DNA from: Takakia lepidozioides
Lineage: Eukaryota > Plantae > Bryophyta
Length of the DNA stretch: 64,000 nucleotides
Assembly: GCA_030704615.1 (NCBI GenBank)
Contig: CM060733.1
Coordinates: 28,148,001 to 28,212,000, forward strand
Direction: 5' to 3'
Part shown: positions 40,401 through 51,607 of the stretch, piece after piece
How the letters are laid out: each line of letters starts with the position of its first letter
Numbering within the stretch: position 1 is the stretch's first letter
Notes under the pieces: model-generated
What the model was told of the DNA's origin: nothing
Seen by the model: only the letters and a program-made list of their open reading frames with translations
The model's database searches: none
Made by a program: the position numbers and the translations under genes

Positions 40401-41613
40401 CTCTCTCTCTTTCTCTCTCTCTCTCTGGCCACAAGGCTACGGCAAACAACGTCTTATGAGTACAATCTCTCTCTCTGGCCACAATGAAGTTAGGGAGAAA
40501 ACTTCCCTGAACAGTGTGTGACATGGGAGAGGCCATCATGGATGACCTCAAGGGCTCACCCTCCCTCGGCACTAGAGTGAAATTTAAACTCGGGGAGAGA
40601 AGCCTACTTCTGAACAGCAAACAGATGCAGAGAGGAAAGAGGGGTTGCAATTGCCCGTTGTGTGGGTGACCTGAAGACAATATTCATTATCTGATTTATT
40701 GTCCTGGGTACTCTCATGAGTGAGTCGCCCTCTTCAAATCCATCAAAAGAATTGTGCCTGAACCTGTGTTTACCAACTTTGAAAGTCTCGAGGCTGAGCC
40801 AAAGCCCAGGCCCTTTTGGGGCCCAGTTATTGGGCAAACCACACACAGCAGATTGATGCTTGTGTGGATTTCTAGAGGATATCTGGAAAACTTGGATTAA
40901 TAGTCTGTTCCAAGGTAAGTCATACTACCGGCGTCAGCCCCTGACAAAGGTAGTTTCTGTCCCTTTGTGTTCCGCTCAAACTGAGCGTGGGGTCAACAGC
41001 CACAAGGCTACGGCAAACAACGTCTTATGAGTACATTCTCTCTGGCCACTACAGCAAATGAAGTCTTATGAGTACATTCATTCTCACTTTCTCCATCTCT
41101 CTATTTCCCTGTTCCCTTTTGTTTCGCCCAAACTGGGCACAGAATCTGTGGCCACAATGCTACGGTAAACAAGTTGTATGAGTACATTCTTTCTCCATCA
41201 AGCAGCAAATAGTGGGTGTTTCTAGCAATGAGTTGCAGCATGACTGCTTCATGGATCAGCTGTGGGGCTTGGCCGCCTTCTCCTTTCCACCTTCTCAAAT
41301 ATTCACCTGCAGGTACGATGCGCACGTTCAAGACCCACTGGCAGGGTTCCAATTCACAACGGGGACATACTATCGGCTAGCGTCAGGTATCAATCAGTTG
41401 GCGCGTCAGCTTTGTGGGGGCCGTTGTGTCTTCTTCCTTGAAGGGGGTTATGACCTCCGATCATTGTCCAACAGTGTAGCAGACTCATTTCGTGCCTTTT
41501 TGGGAGATCCAAGTGGATCAAGCCGGGTGGACAACCCTGCTGTGCTCTACGATGAACCTAGCATTCTAGTGAGACAGGCTATCGATCAGATCAAATCAAT
41601 TCATTCTTTATAA
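35979..41613 (+). CDS. HDA14: Histone deacetylase 14-like (class II RPD3/HDA1 family, probably organelle-targeted)
   Basis: Exons approx. 35979-36054 (inferred transit peptide), 36377-36612, 36899-36973, 37336-37437, 38567-38638, 38797-38853, 39605-39856, 40145-40326, 41313-41613. Motifs [46 protein letters not shown]. Confidence 0.92.
37920..38402 (+). mobile_element. 5'-truncated (CT)n-tailed LINE fragments in an HDA14 intron
   Basis: Homologous to 40480-41195 and 59473-59860; ends ...GGCAAACGTCTTATGAGTACATT(CT)n. Confidence 0.75.
40426..41195 (+). mobile_element. 5'-truncated (CT)n-tailed LINE (RTEX-like C-terminal CCHC) with extra tandem 3' ends
   Basis: Translates to [19 protein letters not shown]...GFLEDIWK. 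Four copies of the 3'-end motif. Confidence 0.75.
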
Positions 41614-42701
41614 CCTCGACAAGTCACCAGTAGAAGTAGGTATCTGAAAGAGTATGCGCCACTCATTCATTTAGCTAGTGTTCAATTGGTCTTTCCATCT
41701 CCTTGGACTACTGCCCTTCTCCTGCCGAGCTAATTGATATAAGCAACTCTATTGGGACACAGTGAAGTGGTCACACTATTGCAATGGTGTGAGCCATGCA
41801 GTGAAGGACTCTCCTTATAATCCATCCACGTCTGAACTTGTATGAAGTCACTATATAGAGATATACCTTCATCAATCGTTGCCTGCTCTGGAGATGAAGA
41901 TGGGAGTAATGAATCTTGATACAGTAAACTTGGGTGATTGTGTCGGCCATGATGCACCAAGGAAGTTGAGCTGCATTCACTTGGGGGACTTTCCAGTCCT
42001 TGGCGGAGGTTTGGGCAACCCCCTTACCTCCATTGTGGCTGTTAGAAGCTGTCCACCTTCCCAATGGAAGACAGTCTCGTATAGTCCTTTAGGTGAAGAG
42101 ATATGATAATGTATGCTCGTTTGGTGACCATCAACTTCTAGATATCCCTCTCACATGTGATTTTGAACAAGTAGCATTTATATTGTAAAAGGCTTGTACA
42201 CTACAAGTTTATGAAGAAACTGAAGACGGCATGCACTTTTGAGTGTACAGTTTGTACGTAAGTTGACAAACATGCAATTCCAAGACCTAGTGCGGTGGAC
42301 CTAACAACCCATGACATGGGGTAAGAGAAATTAAAAATCCTCATTACTAGCAACTTACTTTGTGATTCCCAAATGTCAATGATGTTTTATTTTTTGATTT
42401 GGTGTGAATATACTTTTGACCAATTCAGAGCGAGAGTTCAGTCCCACTCTAAGGACCACAGCTCTAGATCATCCCAAGGCAGATTCAAGTCATACAACAA
42501 GTGTAGCACATAGGCTGAACTGACCCATCCCAAATAAAGGAATTTCCAGACCAGTGGACATCAATGGACATGGTCTCCCTAAGAATCAAAAAAGGAAAGA
42601 ACCTTGGGGGGATCCCAGTTCGAAGTTATAGTTGACCTAAAAATGAATTTTTTTTGAGGATGAGGGAGGAATTTTCCCCTAAGAATCAAAGAGGAAGGAA
42701 C

Positions 42702-43329
42702 CAATGTTGTACTGGTATGTGCCAGTTGGCCGGGGTATGTGCAAGGGTATGGGTACGGGTATGCCAGAACCAACCCGGCTGGTGTATCATGCAGCCTATA
42801 CCCCGGGTGTGTCTAGAACTTACAGTTTAGGGTTCCAAACATACCCAAACTGATACCATACGAGTCATCATAGCTAGCGGAGGAGCAATACTGCGATTGT
42901 GAAACAATACTTTGGGGGGGGGGGAGTGTTTCGAGATGGGAGGGGTAATAGTTATGGCATTAGGGTCGCGCCATGTTGTGTTTGCTATAGGAGGGGTTTC
43001 ATTTTTGCGGTTGGATCTTTGATGTGGGGAGGCGCAAGAGATTGAGCAGATCGGCCTTGTGATTGCAATTATTTTTGTACATTTTGTATGTTGCCCTCAA
43101 TCTGGTTTTTTTTTCAGCTTTGAAAAGGGGACACTGGCTCCTGCAGAGGGCTCCAGCCCAAAATGGAGTATGATGAATGTTGGGGTATACCATACACATG
43201 TTGCCCCAGTATAGTTTTTGCCATATCCATGCCTAGGAACCAAGGTATCTCAAAATTGGAAATGCCCATACCCATCAGATAACCAACCTACCCTGGCCAG
43301 TCCAAAATGGACATACTAGTACAACACTG
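42702..43329. mobile_element. Non-autonomous hAT element (MITE)
   Basis: TIRs CAATGTTGTACTGGTATGT / ACATACTAGTACAACACTG (17/19). 8-bp TSD GAAGGAAC at 42694-42701 and 43330-43337. Subterminal GGGTAT/ATACCC repeats. Confidence 0.9.
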
Positions 43330-44109
43330 GAAGGAACCTTATGGTTCGGCGGGCCGATCCTGGTTCAAAAGTTATGGTTGACCCATAACTTTAGGATGAG
43401 GAAGGAATTTTTTGAGGCTCTCTACCTATAAGTGATGGTATATGAGAGTCAATTGATTCGAATTTGGAACACCTAGGTCAGCAAATAGTGATAGAATGTC
43501 CTATGCTGAAGCAATGGTATAGAGAACTTGAATGTTGTGGCTCACCTCATAAGCAAATCTTGTTGGCCTTCAAAAGAACTAGTGTGAGGCAAGCATCCAC
43601 CTCGTGCCACTGAAGTCTGCAGGTTCAGCTCATTTTATCATCCACTTCTCAAGACCCATTTATAAGCCCATAGATGATTTTGAGTAGCCCTTTCTACATT
43701 TATGGCTAAAGCCAAGATTTCATTGGGGCAACTTAGATGGGTCAGTTTCTGCAAACTCTGAATTTTAAGATAACATCTAACGTCTTGGCCTCCATGTGTA
43801 ACCCCATCATAGACCAAATGACGGATTCGGACGCAAACCGGAGTTAGCATAAATAAGAGCCCCTTACAAGTATTGGCCCCTTTGAAGGTGTGGTGTAGTT
43901 TTAGGTTTTGTTTTTAAATAATAACATTGTGCCTCCTTTTACAACTGCAATAATAACCATCAAGGGGGGAGAGGGGGGAGTGTGTCAGCGTGTATTTTCT
44001 CATTTTTCGAAAGTAGCACCATCTTTGTAGCGCCCAAGGTGGCAAAAAAAAACGAGCAAAAGCTAACTCCGACTTCTTCAAGTGCCATTCAATTTTCCGT
44101 ATCACGAGT

Positions 44110-44470
44110 CAGAATCGATGGGAGGCAATACTTAGGTGTCTTCACCTTGTTGACAATGCTGCTGTTGTAGTGGACTTTGGTGCACTTGGGTATGATAAGT
44201 TAGCTAAAACCAGATGGTTGATAGATGCTCAGAATGATCTGTATGACCAGTTCTGGAAGGCTGAGCAGAATGTGACAGTAGATGAGATGATAGTGGTGAA
44301 GTACAAACAAAAGTACAACAAATTGCAGCAGTATCCGATAAAAATTTGGTGGTTTAGTATGCTAACTCCCCATATGTGCACAGAATGGAGGTATACCTGG
44401 GGGAAGATGCAAATGTTGATGTCACCCATGACATGGGGTATTCCGCGGTTAGTCGTTTGCTTGGTGATGG
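44110..44470 (+). pseudogene. piggyBac-type transposase remnant
   Basis: NRWEAILRCLHLVDN...YDKLAKTRWLID...VTVDEMIV.KY.....QQY.PIKIW...MEVYLG, matching the piggyBac signature around the first catalytic Asp. Confidence 0.8.
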
Positions 44471-46212
44471 AATCTGTGCTCACCACAAAACCAAAATAAT
44501 TTTGAGAAGTGTTGTAATGATTTATATTGAATATTATGCACGAGCATTTAAAATACTTCTTCATGTCAAATCATAATAGTTTTTTTCCCCGAATAAATTA
44601 TTAATAAAATTAATCAGGGCTGCACTGCAATCCCCCTGTTCTGAAAAATAAATAAATAAAATCATAGTATGTAGTTTACTTGTTTTTTCTGAGTCAGTAA
44701 AACACTTTAAAAAAAAAACACACTCAAACTATCTTTTTTTATCAATATATTGTTAAATAAAGTAATATTGGAGCAATATTTAAGTAGATTTGACAAAAAT
44801 AATTTCTGAAATGATTCAGTTTTCAGGGGAGGGCAGCTTCAGGAAAAGATGCTGATGATGTGGCAGATGCCAATGACCGAAACAATTTTCAGGCAATTAG
44901 GGTAGCTCATGAGAAGACGACGATGACGTGGCATTATGGCACCCTATACCTACTCTACACTCAAACTAAACCAAGACCCTCCATATAGGCCTCCATATAG
45001 TAATACCTAGTTACCATCAATTTTGTGGGGCAAACCACAAACCGGGCCCATTTCTTTGTCAAGTCTGCTTTCTGACCTCCACCTTGACCTTGTGGAGGGC
45101 AGCTAGGCAACCTGTTCTAGTATACCTATTGCCGGGCTTTACTTCCTCCGTTCCTGTCCAGACTCTGGAGATAACTTGGTCCAGGACTCCTTCCATCTTT
45201 TGTCCGTATGCGAGTAGACTTGGTAGTGACCAATTTGAAGGATATGGAGGTGCTTGATGTGGTCCACTCCTATGTCCACAATCACTGGTCCTATGTTACT
45301 TTTGTCACGTGTACGTGGAAAGCAGTTACCTATATGAAGAGTGAAGAAAGTCACCTCGACAGCACGTGAAGATGTCTGCCTTCACTACAGTATGCGGCTC
45401 TACAGAAGTGGGACCCAACAGTATCTGAGGGAGCTGAGTCCACGGAGTGCAATTATATGACTCGATTGGTGGGGTTGGCCAAGCTTTGATATGCTGGGTT
45501 CCTGCGACTTACTGTCAAACGAACCACACACGAACGCCAACGACGGCGCCTGCTCTTGAAAGGAAGGTTCCGAAAGTATATATTTGCAAGTAGGAAGTCA
45601 AACCAGCGGAGCAGTTTCTGGAACATCTCCAACAAGTCGCTAACATATATAATTTCTAACTTGTTGACTAAGGAAACTCTGTCAGCTCAGCAAAAATCGT
45701 GGGGCGCTCTCTCCCAAAAGCACCGAATGCACCGAAAGCACGACGACCTGTGACTAGAACTGATGGTTTCCAATCGGACTCACTGGATGACAGAGCCTAC
45801 GTGAGATTCATGAAACCCACGAGTTGCTTGCAAGACTGCATCGTGCCTGCCTCGTATCTACACCGCTCGTCACTGTAAGAGCAGTTGCACTGTATATGAG
45901 CAGAATGAATCATACTTTTATTATTAGACCAAGGGATTCAAGAAGAATTAGGCACAATCTGTCTTCAGTTTAGTAAAACTCTAAAAATATACTGGTGTGA
46001 TGGAAAGTTCAGTGCGAAAATTTGCCAGGATTCCTGGAAAACAAACATGTATGACGGGGGTAAAATTCAAAGAAAGCCTGCTCCAGTATCTGAGTATCAT
46101 GCCACCCAGGAAGGCCCTCAGGGCCATGCTTCAATTCGTGGAGAATATCCGTCAGCATTGTTATTCATTTGATACCTATCTGGTGTTTCAGTTCTACAAT
46201 GTGAGCACCAGT

Positions 46213-46281
46213 TGGTAGGTAGCTCAGTTGGATAGAGCACCTGAGTGCCACCTAGGTGATTCTGGGGTTCAAATCCTGCTA
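46213..46281 (+). mobile_element. tRNA(Gly-GCC)-derived SINE head or pseudo-tRNA
   Basis: A box TAGCTCAGTTGG, GCC anticodon loop, B box GGTTCAAATCC. The acceptor stem does not pair. Confidence 0.65.
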
Positions 46282-47760
46282 TTTTGTCAGGTGTGGTATG
46301 ATTTTCACCCCCTTCCCTGGGTCGGTGTCCCTTCAGCCTTGTGCTTGAAAGAGGTTACTTGAAAGAGGGTATTTTCCAGTGTTGTGCGGGTCCGGGTGTT
46401 GAGCCCGGGTACCCGGCGAGTTAGGGTCCGGGTTACTCGGAACTGCACCGGGACCAGTGTCATCAGCAAAAAAACCGGACCCAGACTAGCTTGCTAGGTC
46501 CAGAACCTGTTATACCCCAACACAAAGTACCTGCGGGAACACCCAGTGGTCGCCATGTCACCTGGGATAATCTGCCGTAGAGCACTCGCTGGCAGATTAT
46601 CCTAGTTAACATGGCTCCCAATGGCCGTTTGGCCGTTACCAAATACATTACATCACTGTGTTGGCTGTTTTGGATTACACCCCTTTGCCCCGGGCATTTT
46701 CATAATCCTGGCGGGGTAGTCGCAATTTTTGAATGGCTTCACGAAGACAGAAAAAAATCATTTTCCGGGATCTTGGGGTCTCAAATCCTCCTCAAATCTT
46801 GAAAAATCGTGGGGTGAGAATCTTAGCTTCCGTAAACAAAACCCACTTACCCGGCCAGAGTCATCTCTCGCATTGTGAGGGTGCTGTAATGTAGCCATGT
46901 CTCCACATGGAATATTGTTTGACCACATTGTGAACATATCCAGTCCTAAACAAAGCCTAAAACCGAGCCGGGGCTTTCTTGCTTTGGCGAAACATAAGAA
47001 AAAGGTGAGAGTGAGGGGCATGACTCAGCACAACACACCAATGCCAGCCTTGACACACAGTGTAAGGTCCTTTGACCACATTTTCTCCATTGACTCCAAC
47101 ATGTTGCAAAGTCTCTCTCTCCAAGAGAGCCTACAAAAGACACAAGCCCAATGAGGTAGTTGCTCGTATCTATGTAAAACCTACTCATAACTTATTCTCC
47201 TTATTCTCCTTTCCAGTTTTGACCGAGAATCTAGTCTCGAAGTGAGCACAATAAGAATGCCGCCAAAAAATATTCTGGCTCTGTGCCGTTGTCATCTATG
47301 ATCTACTTTTCGTGGATGATGTTGCATCAAAAATAAATTGAACATAAAGTTGGCTTAAGCTAATAATAATAAAAGCTCCTTCGCCTTGGATTTTTTGAAG
47401 TGTCAGCTTTTAGAAAAAGCGTGGGCTTTTGTGTGGGGGGAGGTGGGGGGACACCTGCCCCACTGCAGGTGAAAGTTGATATGTAAAGCAGTTTCATTTG
47501 GGCCGATTAATTCTAGAGTGGTCCACGAATTAGCGTGGTCCAGGAGTTAAAAGAGGGGCCCAATGTAATAAGGCCACCTCTATTAATTAACGAAATGAAG
47601 GGTCCGAAAAAAGCCAAACCCTTCATATACATAAAAACCAAATCTCGGGCTCAAAGATTTACCTAATGAATGCATGGAATTCATGCAAGCCCTGCCGTAC
47701 AGTAATTATGAAAAGGTAGTAAAAATCTGGAAGATCACATAATTAGTCTAAATATCAAGG

Positions 47761-47818
47761 TAACAGGATTTGAGCCCTGAATCACCCAGGTGGCACGTAC
47801 GGTAATATCCAATGGACT
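47761..47818 (-). mobile_element. Second, more degenerate copy of the tRNA-derived element
   Basis: Reverse complement ...GTGCCACCTGGGTGATTCAGGGCTCAAATCCTGTTA aligns with 46245-46281. Confidence 0.6.
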
Positions 47819-48645
47819 TTCAATTATGGCATGCACAAGAAGTTGAACGGATGTTATTCATTAAAAGCCAGAATATTCTCTTGTCGATCGAATTGGAAGT
47901 CTAATCGAAAGTATGGGTGCTAAAGCAGCTGAAACCATTGCGCAGTCCTGCCTTAGGAAGGCAGGGCCAACAAAAAAAACTTTAGTGCATGTTTTGCTCA
48001 GTTTACAAAGCACTTCTACTGGGGCAATTAGAAATCATGACATTTGAGAGAGCCCATGATGACATTTGTTTTCCATGCGAAGTGGGCACTTACACAAGTA
48101 CCCCGCAAGTCCTCTCTCTCGCATTGTCGGTGCCGCATTATACCATTCCGACAAGATGGGCACATACCACGTTGGATGTGGTTGTGGGTTCAAACCACCA
48201 TCTGGTGTGTCATGAAGGTGTCCACCTACCTGTTGGAAGGCAGTAGCCCTTGTGGTGGAGTGACACCATAAGTTACGTTCCCTTGGGGAGGTGTCATACT
48301 TTTCTTTACTTTCTACATACCCATACACGTACACAAAATTCCTAAGGCCGATATATGTATATATAGATGTAAGTATGGTTGTAGATTGTCAAGTGTCTCA
48401 CTGGATTTGTCTCTCTCACGGAGTTGCAGTGAGCACCACACCACCTCTTTAGATCTGCTGCAGTGCGAGCTCTTGCGGGAAGCCCACTGATCAAGGCTTG
48501 AAGAGGCTCCATTGCAGTGGGAAGTTGAGCATTGAGGGTGTAGAGGTCTCTGCTCCACAGTTTTGGGTACAACAAGATTCTCAGCAGGAGGAGGGAGCAT
48601 AGGCGTTTTTGGCATTTGAAGCTCGAGAATTGAAGAGAGACAGTC

Positions 48646-50787
48646 ATGCAGAGCGGTGGACCTCTATGTGTTGATCGCAAAGTGAACACGAATCTGTCCA
48701 TACCCCTTGACTACTCCGCGAATGGTACTGCCAATCCAGTGAAGGGTGGTGCGGAGATGATAATGGGCCCTCCCCCGGCGATAGTTTTCATGCAGCAGCT
48801 GAGAAACATGATTACTGTGCCGAAGGCTCTCAGAGCTGCTATTCTTCTTGGGGTGCCTGAGATTTTGTCCAGTAGCCCCAAACCCATGTCCGCGCAAGCC
48901 ATTGTTAGCAAGTTTCCGGGCAAGTCTGGCAGCGCCAAGAACTTGGATCGAATTCTACGGTCGCTGGCTAGCTTTGGTTTACTGGAAGAAACTGTGAACG
49001 AGAAGAGTGATGGTGATGTCGAGAGACTGTACAGTATGCAGCCTGGGCTGGGAGAATTTTTCGCTCCAAACCAAAATAAGGGCCCAAATTTGTCGACAAT
49101 AGTGAAGATGGCCACAGATGACGCAATTGTGGTGGCCATGTGCAACCTTCATGAAACGGTTTTGAACCCTGGAGAAAGTGCTTTCGCCAAAGTTCATGGC
49201 ACATCCTTCTACGAGTGGATGGAGGATGCGGCTGGCCAACATTATGGAAAAGTATTCCATGGGTCAATGACGGCGCTTTCTCTCACATCGATGCATGATA
49301 TTCTGAACACATACAGTGGGTTCAAGGGACTTGGCAGCATTGTAGACGTTGGAGGAGGTGTGGGAGCGTGCATGGAAATGTTGGTGAAAAAGTACTCGAG
49401 CATTCAAGCCATCAGCTTCGACCAACCCCATGTTGTGGAGCTGGCTCCTCACTTACCTGGTATCTCCCCCTCATCCGCGTATTCCCTTGGTTTTCCAAGT
49501 TCACTGATTTGAAGATGTGAAATGTGCTCAATTTGTTGTCTTCCTCCTCGGAGGGTTCTTAGTTTTGTTGATTAAATCTCTTCCTTTCCCCTGCGAGGCA
49601 AAAAATAAAATAAAAATGTGCTCAATCAGTAAATGCTGCGGTAAGGATCCCCTGGATTCAGCGACCACCAGTTGTGCTTTGCAACATGAGTAGGAAGACT
49701 GCGGACCTCTTTGGTGTCCAACAATTCCGTACCATGTTCTGTAGTCAGGCTGGGCCTTCTTCTGGTGTTGCAGTTAGGGGGTGTTCGAACTTCGAACAAA
49801 GAACAATCCATGACGCAACGTGTATACATATAGTCGTAAGTGGAATCAGATGTCCCGGTTCCGTTGAATAGACACTGAGAAGGTTACTTGCGAAAAGAAC
49901 ATCGGGTATTCAGAGCAGGATTACCATTGGAATAGTTCTGAAGAGGCGGAGAGAGAAGCTGAGCTTGGACCACAATCATAACTTGATTCTACGAGTGACC
50001 AAAAAGCTCCTCGTATTGTTCAATTTACGTAGGGCATTCTGGGGTAACCATGGGTGCGTTGTAATGGGGGCAGGAGTGAAGCTAGTCGGTGGAGACATGT
50101 TCGAGAGCGTGCCCTCTGCAGATGCTACTTTCCTGAAGGTTCGTTTCGCCCTTTACTCTTGGGAATTTTTATAACTAGTGCATCGAATCGATCACAATCG
50201 TTCCGAAGTAAGAATAGAGTACTTATCTACATTCCAAGATCCCTGAAATCATTCCAGCTTCAACTGTACTGCTGCCATGCACATCTTTTTGCTTGTATAA
50301 GTCGTCATACATTTGTGTTGACCTCCCAAGCTTAGCTGCTGCAGGCAACCTCTGAACCTCTAACTTGAGATCCTTTCCCAGCTTGTAACGTACATGATAT
50401 TAAGTCAAACCGAAGTCAACTGGAATTTGCGAGCTCTTGAAGCAAGTGACGTGACAGGGCTTGGGTTTTGTTTTACAGTATATATTGCACAACTGGGATG
50501 ACGAGTACTGTGTGAAGGTGCTCAAGAACTGCTACAAAGCACTCCCTGATACAGGCAAACTCATAATTGTGGAGTCATTGTTGCCCCCGTCGAGTGTTGA
50601 CAATGTCGAACGAGCACAGGAAATCATCTCCATGGATCTTGCCATGTTGGCCAACCAAGCTGGAGGCAGGGAGCGATCTGAGAAGGAGTTTCGGAGCCTT
50701 GTATTGGCTGCTGGATTCTCCAGGCTTCACGTGGCCGCGGAACTCCATGCCGGTGTTGACAGCGCTCTAATGGAGGTCTTTAAATGA
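48646..50787 (+). CDS. SAM-dependent O-methyltransferase (COMT-like), 3 exons
   Basis: Exons 48646-49459 (start could be 48757), 50074-50138, 50479-50787. Dimerisation region LDRILRSLAS; VDVGGGVG, FDQPHV, GGDMFESVP, KYILHNWDDE, GGRERS. Confidence 0.93.
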
Positions 50788-51607
50788 GCCCTTTCATTAG
50801 CGTGTTTCGAAGCTTATCACCCTCCAGATATCGTCATGGGCATGATTATCGTCTTCCCCTTATAGCTTGTAGGCGACGTCGTTCAAATCCAGAGCTGAAT
50901 GAAAGAATATCATTCCCCGCTGATGAGCTAAAGTTGACACCCCCCCCCCCCCCCCCAAAAGAAGCCATGGAGAAATGTCTACGAAGGTGATATTGTACAG
51001 TCCGAGCAGTCCTGACGTTATAGCTTATAACCTTCATGTGCTGTTCATACATACACCTGGAAGAGTCGCATGCACTAGACGCCATAGCCAATCCTCTAGA
51101 TTTTCGAAAATAATGTTCACTTGAACAATCTGTGGACCGCGGTCCGAATGTTGTACCTTTTCTTAATGTTGATGAAGAAATCTCACTGCAAGTCTCGCAC
51201 ACTTACCATTTCTGCATGGCAGACGGCATACGTGAGACAGATATAAGTAAAAACAGTAATTGGGTTTGAACAATCCGGTGCTTCAGATGCAAAACTGCTA
51301 CATATGTAAGCTACACCGTCTTGCTCGAGAGCCATGCCTCCAAGAGCAACACCCCACAGCCAACAAACAGAAGGATGATCGCCTGCCTCTCGTAGACTCA
51401 AATAGTCGGCACTGACTCCTCTGCAACCTAACATCATCCTTTGTGCACGTTTGGCATCGACAGTCGTCACTCGTCACTCCATACGGCCTGATTATGGATG
51501 GCTCGTTGGCTATCATCAGCATTTTGTCATCTATTTCCTCGAGGCTTTGGAACAGTAAGAATTTCAAGGTCTGAGAGATGGTGCTCTGATCTCGATGTCT
51601 TCTCACT

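Noticed and set aside
37920-41195. CRISPR-like array of recurring ~45-bp motifs
   Set aside because: Eukaryotic intronic context with irregular spacing; explained as LINE 3' ends.
46213-46285. Functional tRNA-Gly gene
   Set aside because: The acceptor stem does not pair, the T stem is imperfect, and a degenerate sibling copy lies nearby.
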